This document shows, in pieces, positions 47,928-58,146 of a stretch of 64,000 nucleotides of DNA. This DNA is from a virus. The stretch covers positions 1-64,000 of the IMG/VR virus record IMGVR_UViG_3300012931_000015; one strand, 5' to 3'. The stretch's first letter is position 1. Every line of letters starts with the position of its first letter. Position numbers and translations under genes: made by a program. Below the pieces are notes generated by a model. It did not search any database, was not told the origin of the DNA, and saw only the letters and a list, made by a program, of their open reading frames with translations.

Positions 47928-48569
47928 ATGAAAAAATTATTTTTTATAATTGTTATCATGTTTATATTTGGATGTTCTATTCCAACAGAAACAAAAACTG
48001 AAACAATTATAAAAGAAGGAACTACTTGGTTAAAAGTAAGTGATGAAAAAGTTCAGATATTCCCTGCGAAAACAAGCGTTGCAAAAAATATAACTTTTGG
48101 TAGTAAATTATTTGCTACAAGTCCGGTAACAGTATCAACTGAAAAGCAGCTTTCGGATAGAGCATTAGGCATTGTGTATCTTGAAAATTGTTATTCAAGT
48201 TCAAAGTCTTGTCTTTGCGGTACTATATGTTATATGGATGTTGGAACAATTGTAGGGACAAAACAGAAAATGCTTGTTAATGTACTATTTGAAGTAACAC
48301 AGTATTCAGATAATGCTAATCCCATAACTGTTTATGTTAGAGCAAAAGGAGCTAAAGTTGCTTGGACAGTTTTAAGTCCTACCTTATCAACACCTGATGA
48401 TGCACTAGTATTAACCGATATTGATGGAATACTTGAATACTACATTGATGGAGGGGCTTATTATGATAACATAGACCCTGAATACGCAGAACCCGGAGTT
48501 CATAGATATGGGTATCAGACTATTGCAGGATATGCAGATGGATATAGTGTATTTTTAAGCATTAAGTAA
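47928..48569 (+). CDS. lipoprotein
   Basis: MKKLFFIIVIMFIFG-C lipobox; own promoter and terminator. Confidence 0.7.
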   Translation: MKKLFFIIVIMFIFGCSIPTETKTETIIKEGTTWLKVSDEKVQIFPAKTSVAKNITFGSKLFATSPVTVSTEKQLSDRALGIVYLENCYSSSKSCLCGTICYMDVGTIVGTKQKMLVNVLFEVTQYSDNANPITVYVRAKGAKVAWTVLSPTLSTPDDALVLTDIDGILEYYIDGGAYYDNIDPEYAEPGVHRYGYQTIAGYADGYSVFLSIK

Positions 48570-48593
48570 ATTAAAAATATGTACTAAAAATTT

Positions 48594-48625
48594 AAAGCAC
48601 ACTATATTTGGTGTGCTTTTTTTGT
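48594..48625. terminator. intrinsic terminator, probably bidirectional
   Basis: AAAGCACAC-TATATTTG-GTGTGCTTTTTT between convergent genes. Confidence 0.7.
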
Positions 48626-48626
48626 T

Positions 48627-49166
48627 TTATAAATTGTAAGTTCTTTTATATTCTGCTGTAAAATTTGCTATTTGGTTTCTTATATCTTCATTTAAAATAT
48701 CTCTAATGTTAGAAAGTATAAATATTTTTGCAATTAATTCTCTGTTATTGAACATACCCGTGCTTCTTGCTACTTCAAATACTTGAGGAATGACATTATT
48801 TTTTTCATCAACTAAACAATGTACTAAAATATTATTTTCTTCAACTGTAAACGTTTCTTCTATTGGTACATATAATTCTATAGGTAAAATATCTTCAAGA
48901 AATATTGCGTTGTCTTCAATAAGATTTCCACTTTCATCTCTGTTTCTAAACAAAGTTACTCGGTTACCCGGATATATTATTCTTGCATTTATTGTTTTGG
49001 ATTCTTTTATTTCTGTGTCCTGATCTCCAAGCTTATTTCTTTCTGTTACTTTTAAAACTAGAGCATTTATTTCTACACCTTGTATTTTAATTTGATGGTC
49101 ATTTAATCGTCTAAGAGTAGGAGCAATGGCTTTTGTATAATTATCAATAAAAGAGTTTGAACTCAT
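48627..49166 (-). CDS. putative neck/head-completion protein
   Basis: Position and beta-rich composition only. Confidence 0.35.
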   Translation of the reverse strand: MSSNSFIDNYTKAIAPTLRRLNDHQIKIQGVEINALVLKVTERNKLGDQDTEIKESKTINARIIYPGNRVTLFRNRDESGNLIEDNAIFLEDILPIELYVPIEETFTVEENNILVHCLVDEKNNVIPQVFEVARSTGMFNNRELIAKIFILSNIRDILNEDIRNQIANFTAEYKRTYNL

Positions 49167-49174
49167 AATTTCCT

Positions 49175-49936
49175 TTATTCTTCTTCTGCTTGAATTGCAG
49201 TTACATTAACATCATCGATTACAGGTAAATCAGTTGCATAGTCTTCTTCACTTTCCCAATTATCATAAGCACTTACAACTTCTAATTCAAAACTATCAAC
49301 CATATTTACATTTGGATCAAGAACTAAGTCCATATATCTAACTGTAAAGGCATGACTAACAGCATTTATTTTATTTGATTCTAGCCAACTAATATCTGAA
49401 TATTTGCTTATATCAGGTTTTTCAAATTCAACAAATATATTTAAGGGAGCTTTTTGTCTATTTATTTTTAAGTAATTATTTAATGATAATTTTATTTTTC
49501 TTTTGCTACGTTCTTTCTGGAATAATTTGCGAATGGTAAAAGTGTCCGAAATCCCCGAAACCCAACTTGTTGATTGAAATACAAGCATAGAAGGAATTAT
49601 CTTAATTTTCATTTGATAAAGCTCATCTATTAGACCTTGATTAAACCCAAAGCTGGAATATTTATCATTGCTATCTTCATCAATATCATACCATCTGAAA
49701 TTTGTAAAAGGTAGAATAGGATAAGATTTTCTGGTTGTTTGTACTCTTTTTCTAAAGGCTATATCATCAGAAGCATTAGGTAAAATTCTATAAAGCCCCG
49801 TTCCTTCTGATTGAGAGTTTATTTCTTTTTGATCTGCATATACAATACTATATAAATAGTTTGTTAGACACTCTACTATTGCATCAACAATCAGAGGATT
49901 ATACTTATAGGTTGTCTTATTAAAATAATCTGGCAT
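49175..49936 (-). CDS. putative tail terminator/neck protein
   Basis: YPILPF motif, acidic tail; TACTAATA just upstream. Confidence 0.35.
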   Translation of the reverse strand: MPDYFNKTTYKYNPLIVDAIVECLTNYLYSIVYADQKEINSQSEGTGLYRILPNASDDIAFRKRVQTTRKSYPILPFTNFRWYDIDEDSNDKYSSFGFNQGLIDELYQMKIKIIPSMLVFQSTSWVSGISDTFTIRKLFQKERSKRKIKLSLNNYLKINRQKAPLNIFVEFEKPDISKYSDISWLESNKINAVSHAFTVRYMDLVLDPNVNMVDSFELEVVSAYDNWESEEDYATDLPVIDDVNVTAIQAEEE

Positions 49937-49971
49937 ACCTTATTAGTATTAAAAATTACCTTTTATACTCT

Positions 49972-50997
49972 TTATAATTTATCAACCCATTCATTTCCGT
50001 AAGTAGAGTTCATAAAAGGATTTATATTTGTCCATTTTTCGTTTATAAGTTCCCAGCATTCAAAATGTAAATGCCTTCCCAAAGCCCATTCACCCGTATT
50101 ACTTATTGAAGCTATGACTTGACCTTTTTTTACTTTATCCCCAACACTAACTTGAATATTATCAACATGTCTATATCTTACAAAAAAATATTTTGTTTCC
50201 CCATTTATTTTCATATTAAATTTTAATTCAACAGTATTTCCACCTTTAACATCAAAATAAGCTTTATGAATCTCTCCCTCATAAACAGCGTATACTTGAG
50301 CTTTTTCTGTATTATTAATATCACATGCAGTGTGTAATCCTTCAAATGGGTGGATACAACCAAATTCAAAATTTTTTGATGTTACATAACCTTTTAAAGC
50401 ATCAATTGGATAAATAGTATTTGGTATCCTTAAAATGTAGTTTTTAAGCCCGTGAGGTTTTATTTTATTCTCATAAAAAAATAAAGACAATAAATCTTCG
50501 GGTAATGAATTAATTTCACTTGGATTATCAAAGGCGTTATCTATTGCTTTTTTATAATTATAATCAATAGAAGGAAAACTATTTTTAATATATTTATATA
50601 ATATGTCTACTTTTTCCTTAACTAATGCAATTTCTACTTTTCTATTTTTAGTTTCATAGACTAATTTTTCTTTTGTATATTTTAATTCATAAAAATTTAC
50701 TATATAGCTTGTAAACATTATAAAATAATGAAAAACAAAAAATATTGTAAAAAAAGCCCAGAATACTATAAAATATCTTGTTGGTTTTTCTATACTTTTT
50801 AAATACTCTATTATATTTGTATTTATCTTTTCATAAGTATCATTGATTATTTCTACTATTTTTTTATACTTTTCTAAAATAAAAGGTTTAGTATTATAAA
50901 AAATAAATTTAGATTTTGTTTTTATCTCTAAAATTATTTTTTTTGTATATTTTTTTACTAAATATTTTGTAATTTCCCATATTATTCTTAATAACAT
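49972..50997 (-). CDS. membrane-anchored M23 peptidase (endolysin candidate)
   Basis: HTACD, YRHV, GRHLHFE zinc motifs; N-terminal TM. Confidence 0.85.
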   Translation of the reverse strand: MLLRIIWEITKYLVKKYTKKIILEIKTKSKFIFYNTKPFILEKYKKIVEIINDTYEKINTNIIEYLKSIEKPTRYFIVFWAFFTIFFVFHYFIMFTSYIVNFYELKYTKEKLVYETKNRKVEIALVKEKVDILYKYIKNSFPSIDYNYKKAIDNAFDNPSEINSLPEDLLSLFFYENKIKPHGLKNYILRIPNTIYPIDALKGYVTSKNFEFGCIHPFEGLHTACDINNTEKAQVYAVYEGEIHKAYFDVKGGNTVELKFNMKINGETKYFFVRYRHVDNIQVSVGDKVKKGQVIASISNTGEWALGRHLHFECWELINEKWTNINPFMNSTYGNEWVDKL

Positions 50998-51006
50998 TAT
51001 TCATCC

Positions 51007-51378
51007 TTAATATATTTTACATAAAATTGTCTGTAGCAATTCATAATTGCTGTTTATCTCACGAATACATTTATTACAATTTTCTTTTGTTGGTTCGAGA
51101 TGATTTTCTCTTACAGTATATACTAAAATTTTTATTGTGTTAAGATAGATTCTTTCTTTTTCAGCATTATTTTCTGTCCAATCATATCCGTCTCTTCCAC
51201 AACAATAGCGATGTATTAATATTTCTTCAGCCTGTATTTTGTTATCTTCTTTAAATAAATCTATATTATTATCTAGGCAATTATTATATCTAAGAAATAT
51301 ATTATATGTTTTATCATCTTCATTCAGAATACAAAACTTATTTTTCATAATAACGTTTCTACTTTTTATTATGTTCAA
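51007..51378 (-). CDS. hypothetical protein
   Basis: ORF in operon. Confidence 0.55.
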   Translation of the reverse strand: MNIIKSRNVIMKNKFCILNEDDKTYNIFLRYNNCLDNNIDLFKEDNKIQAEEILIHRYCCGRDGYDWTENNAEKERIYLNTIKILVYTVRENHLEPTKENCNKCIREINSNYELLQTILCKIY

Positions 51379-51386
51379 AATATCAG

Positions 51387-51800
51387 TTATACTTTATCCT
51401 TCATATTTTTTGGTAGTTTGAGTTTTATAATTTCAAGATTTATTTTTTTATAAGAAGAAACCCAAACAGGATATACTAACAAAGCTTGATTTTCTATATC
51501 AATATATACTTTTGCATATATGCTATAATTTCCTTTTTCAATTTTATCTTTAAGTTTTAAGTCATTTACTTCTAAATATATAATTTCTTGAATAGGAAAA
51601 ATATTTTTATATAAAAAAACTGTATTCCATACATAAAGAGATTTTTCTTCAACATAAAAAATATCTATGATGGTAAGTTTTGTTTCAAAAGTTTCTATAC
51701 TTTTTCTTGTATCATTTAGAATCTTATTACCGGAGATACAATTTGTTGAAACAAGTATCATAGAGTATAGCAAGATCAAAGCAATCAAAGATTTTTTCAT
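51387..51800 (-). CDS. secreted/lipoprotein-like hypothetical protein
   Basis: MKKSLIALILLYSMILVSTNC. Confidence 0.55.
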   Translation of the reverse strand: MKKSLIALILLYSMILVSTNCISGNKILNDTRKSIETFETKLTIIDIFYVEEKSLYVWNTVFLYKNIFPIQEIIYLEVNDLKLKDKIEKGNYSIYAKVYIDIENQALLVYPVWVSSYKKINLEIIKLKLPKNMKDKV

Positions 51801-51856
51801 ATTTTATCCTTATTTTTATAAATTTTTCAAGCTCTCTTAATATTAGTAAAACTAAT

Positions 51857-53923
51857 TTATATATTACAACAATTTAAAATTGAAAACTCTATAAGTTTCT
51901 CATTCCAGTAGTTATATTTGTTAATTTCAAACAAAATATCAAGTATTTTTTTAATTTTTTCAATTTTTGTGTTGATTGCTATGTTTTTTATGAAGGTATT
52001 TTGAGCTTTATTATAATAATTACTGTTTTGTTCCTGATTATTTCTTAAATTATCGATATTTATTTTAAATTTATAAACATCTAAAAACATTGATCTTACT
52101 TCTAGCAATAAACTTTCATTCCATTTCTCATTTAATAAGGTTGTTATATCATTACTTATAATCGCTGTTACAAGCTTTCCTATTGTTTCATTAGAATATA
52201 TTTCAAGTATTTTTGATACTTCCTGTTCTGACCATGCTTCAGCATACACACATTGTTCGAGATAACTTACGGCTTTACGAATACTATGAGTACAGTTTTG
52301 AGCTATTGTAAAAAGTCCTCCGGTTGCGTTTTCAAGATCACAGAATTCAGCGGGGTATCTTACATGTTCTTTTTCAAGAATACTATAAAGGTGTTTAAAG
52401 AGGTCTTCCCATTCAACATCTTTTAGATAGTAAGTCTGTCCTCTGTCTTTTATTGCATCAGGAACTTTTGTTTTATCCATTGAAGTAATAATAAAATAAG
52501 CATTTGGGTTATTATTTTCAAATTGTTCAAGAGCATTTTTAGAAGCTTTATGAGCCATTTCCTGATATTCAGTAATTATATATACTTTGGGTTTTTTAGA
52601 CCAAGTATAAATATTAGCATCATTTTCAAGGTCTCGCATATCATCAACTGTTAGATTGCTTGCATTTTTATTTTTTACTGTATGGCTAAATCTTTCTTCT
52701 AAAACATCTTTACATGAACTACAAGATAAGCAAGGATAACCTGTTATGGTATCTGGTTTATCACAGGTAACAGCCATTGCAATTATACGAGCAATACTAT
52801 CTTTCCCCGAATTTCCAGTTATAAATATTTTATTTTCTCGCCTTAATACAAGCATACCACTATTTACAGTAAAACAATATTCATATCCGTCTGTCGTTTT
52901 ATATTCATTAAATTTAATTTTATTTCTGTTATTACATAATGAGACTAAAATATTTTTACTAATTGATAAATTATAATAGTTTGATTTTCTTATATATATT
53001 TTATTATTAACTTTGTGTTCTTGTCCCTTTCTTTTATCCATAGATATAGTAACACGAAATCCACAAGCAGAAAAAGCAAACTGTATAAAATCTGTGGTTT
53101 CTTTGTCTGTTGTGCAAAAACTACGACTAATTACATTTTTTCTTTGTTGTTCATGCCCGTCCCATTGTAAAATGTTATCACAAATTATTTGTAATTGGTG
53201 CTGATTACAGTCGTACCAGTATTTATCAAATTTTTTTGTTATAATTGAAGCTCTTAAATAAAATCTTGTATATCCGGGCATACTTTTAAATGTTTTTTCT
53301 CTATATTCATAATTCATTTCATTTAGTAGTTTTCTCAAAGCTTCTTTTTTTCTGTCTTTTTTTAAATTAAAATAGCATATATTTGAGTTTTTCGTAAAAG
53401 CAGAATCACAAATAACAGCACACATCAGTTTTATTTCATTATCAGTTAAATTTATACCTTTACCATTATATTTAAAAGTAGTAATAAACCTGCCATGAAA
53501 ACCGCTTGCATTCTTTTCATGTTCTTCTTTTATATCTTTAAGAGTTTTTGAAAGTAATTTATCAGTTGAATTAATATAAAATACATTGTGGCTTTCACTT
53601 AAACACTGATCTAATCTAACATTTTTAAAATGCCATAAATAATCACATTTATTTTTTATATAATTTATTGGTTTAATTAATGTTGTAGACCCATCTTTAT
53701 TATATTGTAATACTAAATCATTTTCATTGTATTCTGAAATTTTTTTCCAACCATAGCCATTAAAGAATTCAGTATCTGCGTCAACACAGCCCGACCCCCC
53801 TAACAATCCTATCGTTTGAGGTATATTTTTTTCTGCAAATCTTTTTTTAAATGTTTTAACAACATGTTGTTGACCAACTATTTCATCGAGAGTTGGGGGG
53901 CGATATTTTTTATACCATTCCAT
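51857..53923 (-). CDS. dnaX: DNA polymerase III gamma/tau (clamp loader) containing an intein
   Basis: KYRP.TLDEIVGQQHV; spliced Walker A GGSG|SGKD; PCLSCSSC; KVYII.E. Confidence 0.88.
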   Translation of the reverse strand: MEWYKKYRPPTLDEIVGQQHVVKTFKKRFAEKNIPQTIGLLGGSGCVDADTEFFNGYGWKKISEYNENDLVLQYNKDGSTTLIKPINYIKNKCDYLWHFKNVRLDQCLSESHNVFYINSTDKLLSKTLKDIKEEHEKNASGFHGRFITTFKYNGKGINLTDNEIKLMCAVICDSAFTKNSNICYFNLKKDRKKEALRKLLNEMNYEYREKTFKSMPGYTRFYLRASIITKKFDKYWYDCNQHQLQIICDNILQWDGHEQQRKNVISRSFCTTDKETTDFIQFAFSACGFRVTISMDKRKGQEHKVNNKIYIRKSNYYNLSISKNILVSLCNNRNKIKFNEYKTTDGYEYCFTVNSGMLVLRRENKIFITGNSGKDSIARIIAMAVTCDKPDTITGYPCLSCSSCKDVLEERFSHTVKNKNASNLTVDDMRDLENDANIYTWSKKPKVYIITEYQEMAHKASKNALEQFENNNPNAYFIITSMDKTKVPDAIKDRGQTYYLKDVEWEDLFKHLYSILEKEHVRYPAEFCDLENATGGLFTIAQNCTHSIRKAVSYLEQCVYAEAWSEQEVSKILEIYSNETIGKLVTAIISNDITTLLNEKWNESLLLEVRSMFLDVYKFKINIDNLRNNQEQNSNYYNKAQNTFIKNIAINTKIEKIKKILDILFEINKYNYWNEKLIEFSILNCCNI
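52811..53788 (-). mobile_element. intein (326 aa) with LAGLIDADG-type endonuclease
   Basis: Begins CVDADTE, ends YCFTV.SG...ITGN followed by Ser; ICDS and LQWDG blocks. Confidence 0.88.
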
Positions 53924-54074
53924 AATGTTTAATTATCCTTGATATTGTTAATATAGGTAAAAATATCATGCTATTACTTCGATGTCAAGAAGAATTTTTT
54001 ATTTTCTTATTTTTGAATCAATAAATATTATAAAGTAAAAGATGTGAATAATGATATAAATATAGTATCAAATT

Positions 54075-55358
54075 TCATAGACAATTATTCTTGCCTATCT
54101 TATTTGTAAACGCTTCATAGAATATGCCCTTTGGATCATAAATGATTTTCTTTGGTCTTATTTCTTCTCCACGTTTGTACTCGGAATACTCTTCCGATAA
54201 ATTATTTTCAAAAAGAAAATTATTTTTTAGATTAAAACTTGCATTTAAATCTCTATCAATTTCTAATCCGCAATCACACTTATAAATTCTATCAGATAGT
54301 TTTAAGTCTTTTTTAATTTGTCCACATTTTGAGCAAAGTTTTGAAGACGGAAAAAATCTATTAACTTTGTGAATAGTTGTTCCATATTCTTTTGCTTTTT
54401 GTTCAAGCTTCATTAAAAAAGAATACCAATTAGAATTTTGAATTGATTTTGCAAGTTTTTTATTTTTTATCATTCCACTAATATTTAAATTTTCTAAACT
54501 TATAACTTGATTTTCGTTACAAAGTTTATTTGCTAAATGCCAATGGAAATGATTAATAAAATTTGTTCTATATTCAAATAATTTTGCTAATTTTAATCTA
54601 CATTTTTCCTGTCTTTTTGAATTTTCAATTTTATTTTTTTTATTTGTTGAAAATTTTCTTGATAAGTGTTTTTGTTGTTTTTTAATTTTATTTTCTATAA
54701 CTTTTAATTCATTTTTTATTCCTGTAATTTGTTCTTCATTACTACAAGTAACAAATTCTTTTAATCCAAAATCAATTCCTAAAATATTATTTGATTTTCT
54801 TATTTTTATAGAATTTTTTTCCAATTCTACTAAAATTGAAGCAAAAAACTTTCCTGTTTTTGTGTATTCAATAGTTACTGATTTCATTTTTCCTTTAAAA
54901 TTTTTATCTAATCCTTTAAATTTTATCCATCCTAGTTTTAAGAGTTTTAATTTGTTTTTTTCTAAATCTATTTCTATTGATTTTTCTCCTACTTGTGGTT
55001 CTCTGTAACTATTTTTACTTTTCTTTTTAGATTTAAATTTAGGAAAACCAACATTCTTATTTTTCTTTTTCAAATTCTTAAAAAAATTCTGATAAGCAGT
55101 ATCTAAATTTCCTCTTGCTTGTTGTAAAGCTCTTGAAGAGCCTAACTTTAAAAATTCAAATTCTTCTTTATATTCTTTTTCAGTTTTATATTTATATTTT
55201 TTTAATTCTTCTTTATTTTCTTTTAATTTTTTATAAACTTGTATTTTTTCATTTAATATTTGATTATATAAAAATCTACAGTTTCCAATTGTTTGTAAAA
55301 TTGTTTTTTGTTGAGTTTTATTTGGATATAATCTTACTTTAAATGTTTTATTATACAT
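54075..55358 (-). CDS. tnpB: solo TnpB
   Basis: KVRLYPNKTQ...GNCRFLYN HTH, GIDFGLK, LENLNISGM, CSKCG/CDCG, DRDLNAS; no tnpA. Confidence 0.93.
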   Translation of the reverse strand: MYNKTFKVRLYPNKTQQKTILQTIGNCRFLYNQILNEKIQVYKKLKENKEELKKYKYKTEKEYKEEFEFLKLGSSRALQQARGNLDTAYQNFFKNLKKKNKNVGFPKFKSKKKSKNSYREPQVGEKSIEIDLEKNKLKLLKLGWIKFKGLDKNFKGKMKSVTIEYTKTGKFFASILVELEKNSIKIRKSNNILGIDFGLKEFVTCSNEEQITGIKNELKVIENKIKKQQKHLSRKFSTNKKNKIENSKRQEKCRLKLAKLFEYRTNFINHFHWHLANKLCNENQVISLENLNISGMIKNKKLAKSIQNSNWYSFLMKLEQKAKEYGTTIHKVNRFFPSSKLCSKCGQIKKDLKLSDRIYKCDCGLEIDRDLNASFNLKNNFLFENNLSEEYSEYKRGEEIRPKKIIYDPKGIFYEAFTNKIGKNNCL

Positions 55359-55455
55359 TTATTTCCTTAAATTAAGTATATAATATACTTATTATTAGTA
55401 TATTATATTTTAATATAATCTATAAATTTAATGTGTTAATATTTTTGTGTGTTTT

Positions 55456-56010
55456 TTATATATAAAGTTCGGGTGTTTTTGTGCAAACTCCATAAAAGTT
55501 TTTAATTTTATCTTTAGGATAAGTTGTATTTTTAAAGCTGTGAAGTTCAGGGGATGCTACTATTATTTTATATTGATCTGATAAATAAACATAGTTTAAA
55601 TGATTAAATTGCTTCCAGTTGAAATAGTCCAACCAAATGTATTTTGCTTTATCAAATAGTTTGTTCTCATATTCTGATAATCTAAATGCTGTAAATTCAG
55701 GGCAAATTTCAAGATAATCGGTTATAAGATCAGGTACAGCCATATCAAAAAAGTAAAACTCTTTTATAGTTTTCATGTAATATCTTTTTAATAATTTGAT
55801 GAGAGGTTTACATAACCCTGATTGCTTAATATTTATTGCAAGTCTATGACCATTACAAGCTTTGAGATAATCTTCAAAATAACAAGTATGAGCATTATGA
55901 TTATGCCCTAAGATGAGTTCGCCCTTGCCCGAAGCTTTTATGTCAATTTCGACTTCTTTATATTTTTTTAAATCTTCTATATCATTACAACGATGTTTAA
56001 AGGTTATCAT
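55456..56010 (-). CDS. PLC/GDPD-like phosphodiesterase-fold protein
   Basis: HRCN...VEIDI...LGH...INIK...FFDM...WLD...SPELH. Confidence 0.55.
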   Translation of the reverse strand: MITFKHRCNDIEDLKKYKEVEIDIKASGKGELILGHNHNAHTCYFEDYLKACNGHRLAINIKQSGLCKPLIKLLKRYYMKTIKEFYFFDMAVPDLITDYLEICPEFTAFRLSEYENKLFDKAKYIWLDYFNWKQFNHLNYVYLSDQYKIIVASPELHSFKNTTYPKDKIKNFYGVCTKTPELYI

Positions 56011-56012
56011 TT

Positions 56013-56339
56013 TTATTCCTCAATATACTTATCATTTATACAACTTGGTATTTTTAAAACTACCGTTATAACATTATTAGATAAAGCTTTAAAGTTAGTA
56101 GCTTCATTTCTACCAATAATTATTATATCACCTTTTGTATAAATATTATCATTCATTTGTACTTTACCTTGAGCTATGATTGTATATTCAATAGATTTTT
56201 TGTGGTGGTGCTTTTTATCATAATCATTCTTTTTATAATATTTTATTGCTAATTCAAAATTTTCTGTTTTAATTAATGAAGGGAAAAAGCTCCCACAAAT
56301 CCATCCGAGCTTAAAATTTTTTAATTTATATACTTGCAT
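56013..56339 (-). CDS. cupin protein
   Basis: GWICGSF.P...HHHK..IEYT...GDII. Confidence 0.7.
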   Translation of the reverse strand: MQVYKLKNFKLGWICGSFFPSLIKTENFELAIKYYKKNDYDKKHHHKKSIEYTIIAQGKVQMNDNIYTKGDIIIIGRNEATNFKALSNNVITVVLKIPSCINDKYIEE

Positions 56340-56340
56340 T

Positions 56341-57156
56341 TTATATTAAATCTTCTTTTTTAGCATTACATCCAACATCACATAACCAGTAAGCATAACT
56401 ATCTTTACTTACAGCATTTGGGATAGAATCATAAATAACTTTGTACCATTTTTCACCATATTTTTCTATTAAACCTTTTAGCATATTTTCTCGACTCACA
56501 TCAAATTGATTTGCTAAGGTTTTAAAACTACTATCTTTCCCTGTTTTTGTTGTAGTTCCAGCATCATGTTTTACTCCAACCTCATTACTTACATAAATTT
56601 TTAAATTGTTATCATAAAGTGTTTTTGTAAGACTGTAGTCAATCCCCCATCCATAGTAAAACCTTGAATCCAGTAAATCTAAATCTATTGCCTTTCTTGA
56701 AAGTAAAGGACATACTATTTCACAAAAACTTTCAGCACGAGCTTTTTTTCCATCAAGTTTTTTATGCAAATAAGGGCTAGGTGAATTTTCTATGAAGGGG
56801 TGAATCTCTCCACAATCAGAATTGTTATTCATAAACTTAACCATAGGACTTAGTGTGTCAATATCGTAATGCAGTGTATCATTGACGCAAATCCAAAAAT
56901 TGTTATAATGTATATTAAATATTTTCTCTCGTTGCTTCATGTAAAAAATACCCAAATTAAAACCATTAGTCATACGAATTCCATCAGGAGCTATAAGAGC
57001 AGGATAATCAGTTACTATTTCGTTTGGTTTACTTCCGGTCTCTACAACAAGTAAGTCATACTCTGTTTTAGTATATTTTTGTATTTGATTACAGAGTTTA
57101 GTTGTAATAGCTTTGTTGTTATGGCTAACAATTATTATTGCGGTTTTGTTTATCAT
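56341..57156 (-). CDS. GT2-family glycosyltransferase
   Basis: AIIIVSHN, VVETGS, GFNLG, NDT, LDSRFYYGWGIDY. Confidence 0.8.
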   Translation of the reverse strand: MINKTAIIIVSHNNKAITTKLCNQIQKYTKTEYDLLVVETGSKPNEIVTDYPALIAPDGIRMTNGFNLGIFYMKQREKIFNIHYNNFWICVNDTLHYDIDTLSPMVKFMNNNSDCGEIHPFIENSPSPYLHKKLDGKKARAESFCEIVCPLLSRKAIDLDLLDSRFYYGWGIDYSLTKTLYDNNLKIYVSNEVGVKHDAGTTTKTGKDSSFKTLANQFDVSRENMLKGLIEKYGEKWYKVIYDSIPNAVSKDSYAYWLCDVGCNAKKEDLI

Positions 57157-57353
57157 TTTGTTATATAGTTTTTAATTTTTTGTTGTATTTTATAAGTCCA
57201 TTGACTAAATGCTATTTTATTAAATCTAATTTTAATTTTATTAATTTGTTTTTCAATAATTATTTGTAAACCACAAATCATAACCCATTTTTTATTTAGA
57301 CTGTTAATGTAGCAGAAAGGAGATAACATGCTTCCATATACTTGTTTTTTCAT
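57153..57353 (-). CDS. hypothetical protein
   Basis: Fills the operon gap with coupled start/stop. Confidence 0.45.
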   Translation of the reverse strand: MKKQVYGSMLSPFCYINSLNKKWVMICGLQIIIEKQINKIKIRFNKIAFSQWTYKIQQKIKNYITK

Positions 57354-58142
57354 TTATTTTTTATCCTTTATTATTCTATTTTTTCTTTTTTCCATTTTTT
57401 CTATAAATATTTTCAGGTCTTCGGGAGTTCCTAACCCGTTAGCACACTGTGTTGGGATAGGGTAGTTTAATACCTTCATACATAATTGATTTATTCCTAT
57501 ATTAAAAACAGGAGCAACATAATATTCTCCATTACTCATAAGACCTTTATTAATAATTTCATCTGCACAAAAAATAAAATCAGAACTTTTTTTAAAATAA
57601 TAAGCACCAATAGTAGCAAATTCACTAATTACTTGTTTTTCTTTTACTTGGTTTATCCATCCTTCTCCATTAACTAATACGTAACTCCATTTTGGGTTTT
57701 GAGAAGCAAAAGTTATAATACAAGCATCAGCATTATTATCTTCTATGGTTTGAATAAAATGTGTTGAATTCCATTCAATATATTGATCGCTATTAATAAT
57801 AAAAATTTCTTTGTCATTAAATTCTTCTATGATCTTTCTTCCCTTCAAGCAAGTACATAATGCACCTGCTGTTAGAGTATCAATTTCAATTATATTACAA
57901 GCAACATTAAATTTATTACAAGTATTAGTTAAATATTGATTTAAACCATATTGTTCATTATGTTCTTTCTGTACTATAAAAACAAAAGTTAGTTTTCTAT
58001 CAGGAATTATCATATTTTCAATAACCCAACCAATCATTGGTTTATCTATTACATCAATTAAAGGTTTAGGCTTTTCATAATTACATTTTTTAAATCTTGA
58101 ACCTGCTCCGGCGCACGGGATTATGACCAACATTTCTTTCAT
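57354..58142 (-). CDS. sugar-phosphate nucleotidyltransferase
   Basis: IIPCAGAGSRF...PKPLI, NSDQ, VKEK..IS..AT.G.YYF, GEYYVAPV, LGTPEDL. Confidence 0.85.
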   Translation of the reverse strand: MKEMLVIIPCAGAGSRFKKCNYEKPKPLIDVIDKPMIGWVIENMIIPDRKLTFVFIVQKEHNEQYGLNQYLTNTCNKFNVACNIIEIDTLTAGALCTCLKGRKIIEEFNDKEIFIINSDQYIEWNSTHFIQTIEDNNADACIITFASQNPKWSYVLVNGEGWINQVKEKQVISEFATIGAYYFKKSSDFIFCADEIINKGLMSNGEYYVAPVFNIGINQLCMKVLNYPIPTQCANGLGTPEDLKIFIEKMEKRKNRIIKDKK

Positions 58143-58146
58143 ATTT

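Noticed and set aside
54060-55435. Possible inverted ends around the third TnpB (AAATTTCATAGAC / ATCTATAAATTT)
   Set aside because: Short, imperfect and AT-rich, with no convincing TSD or hairpin; element boundaries could not be defined
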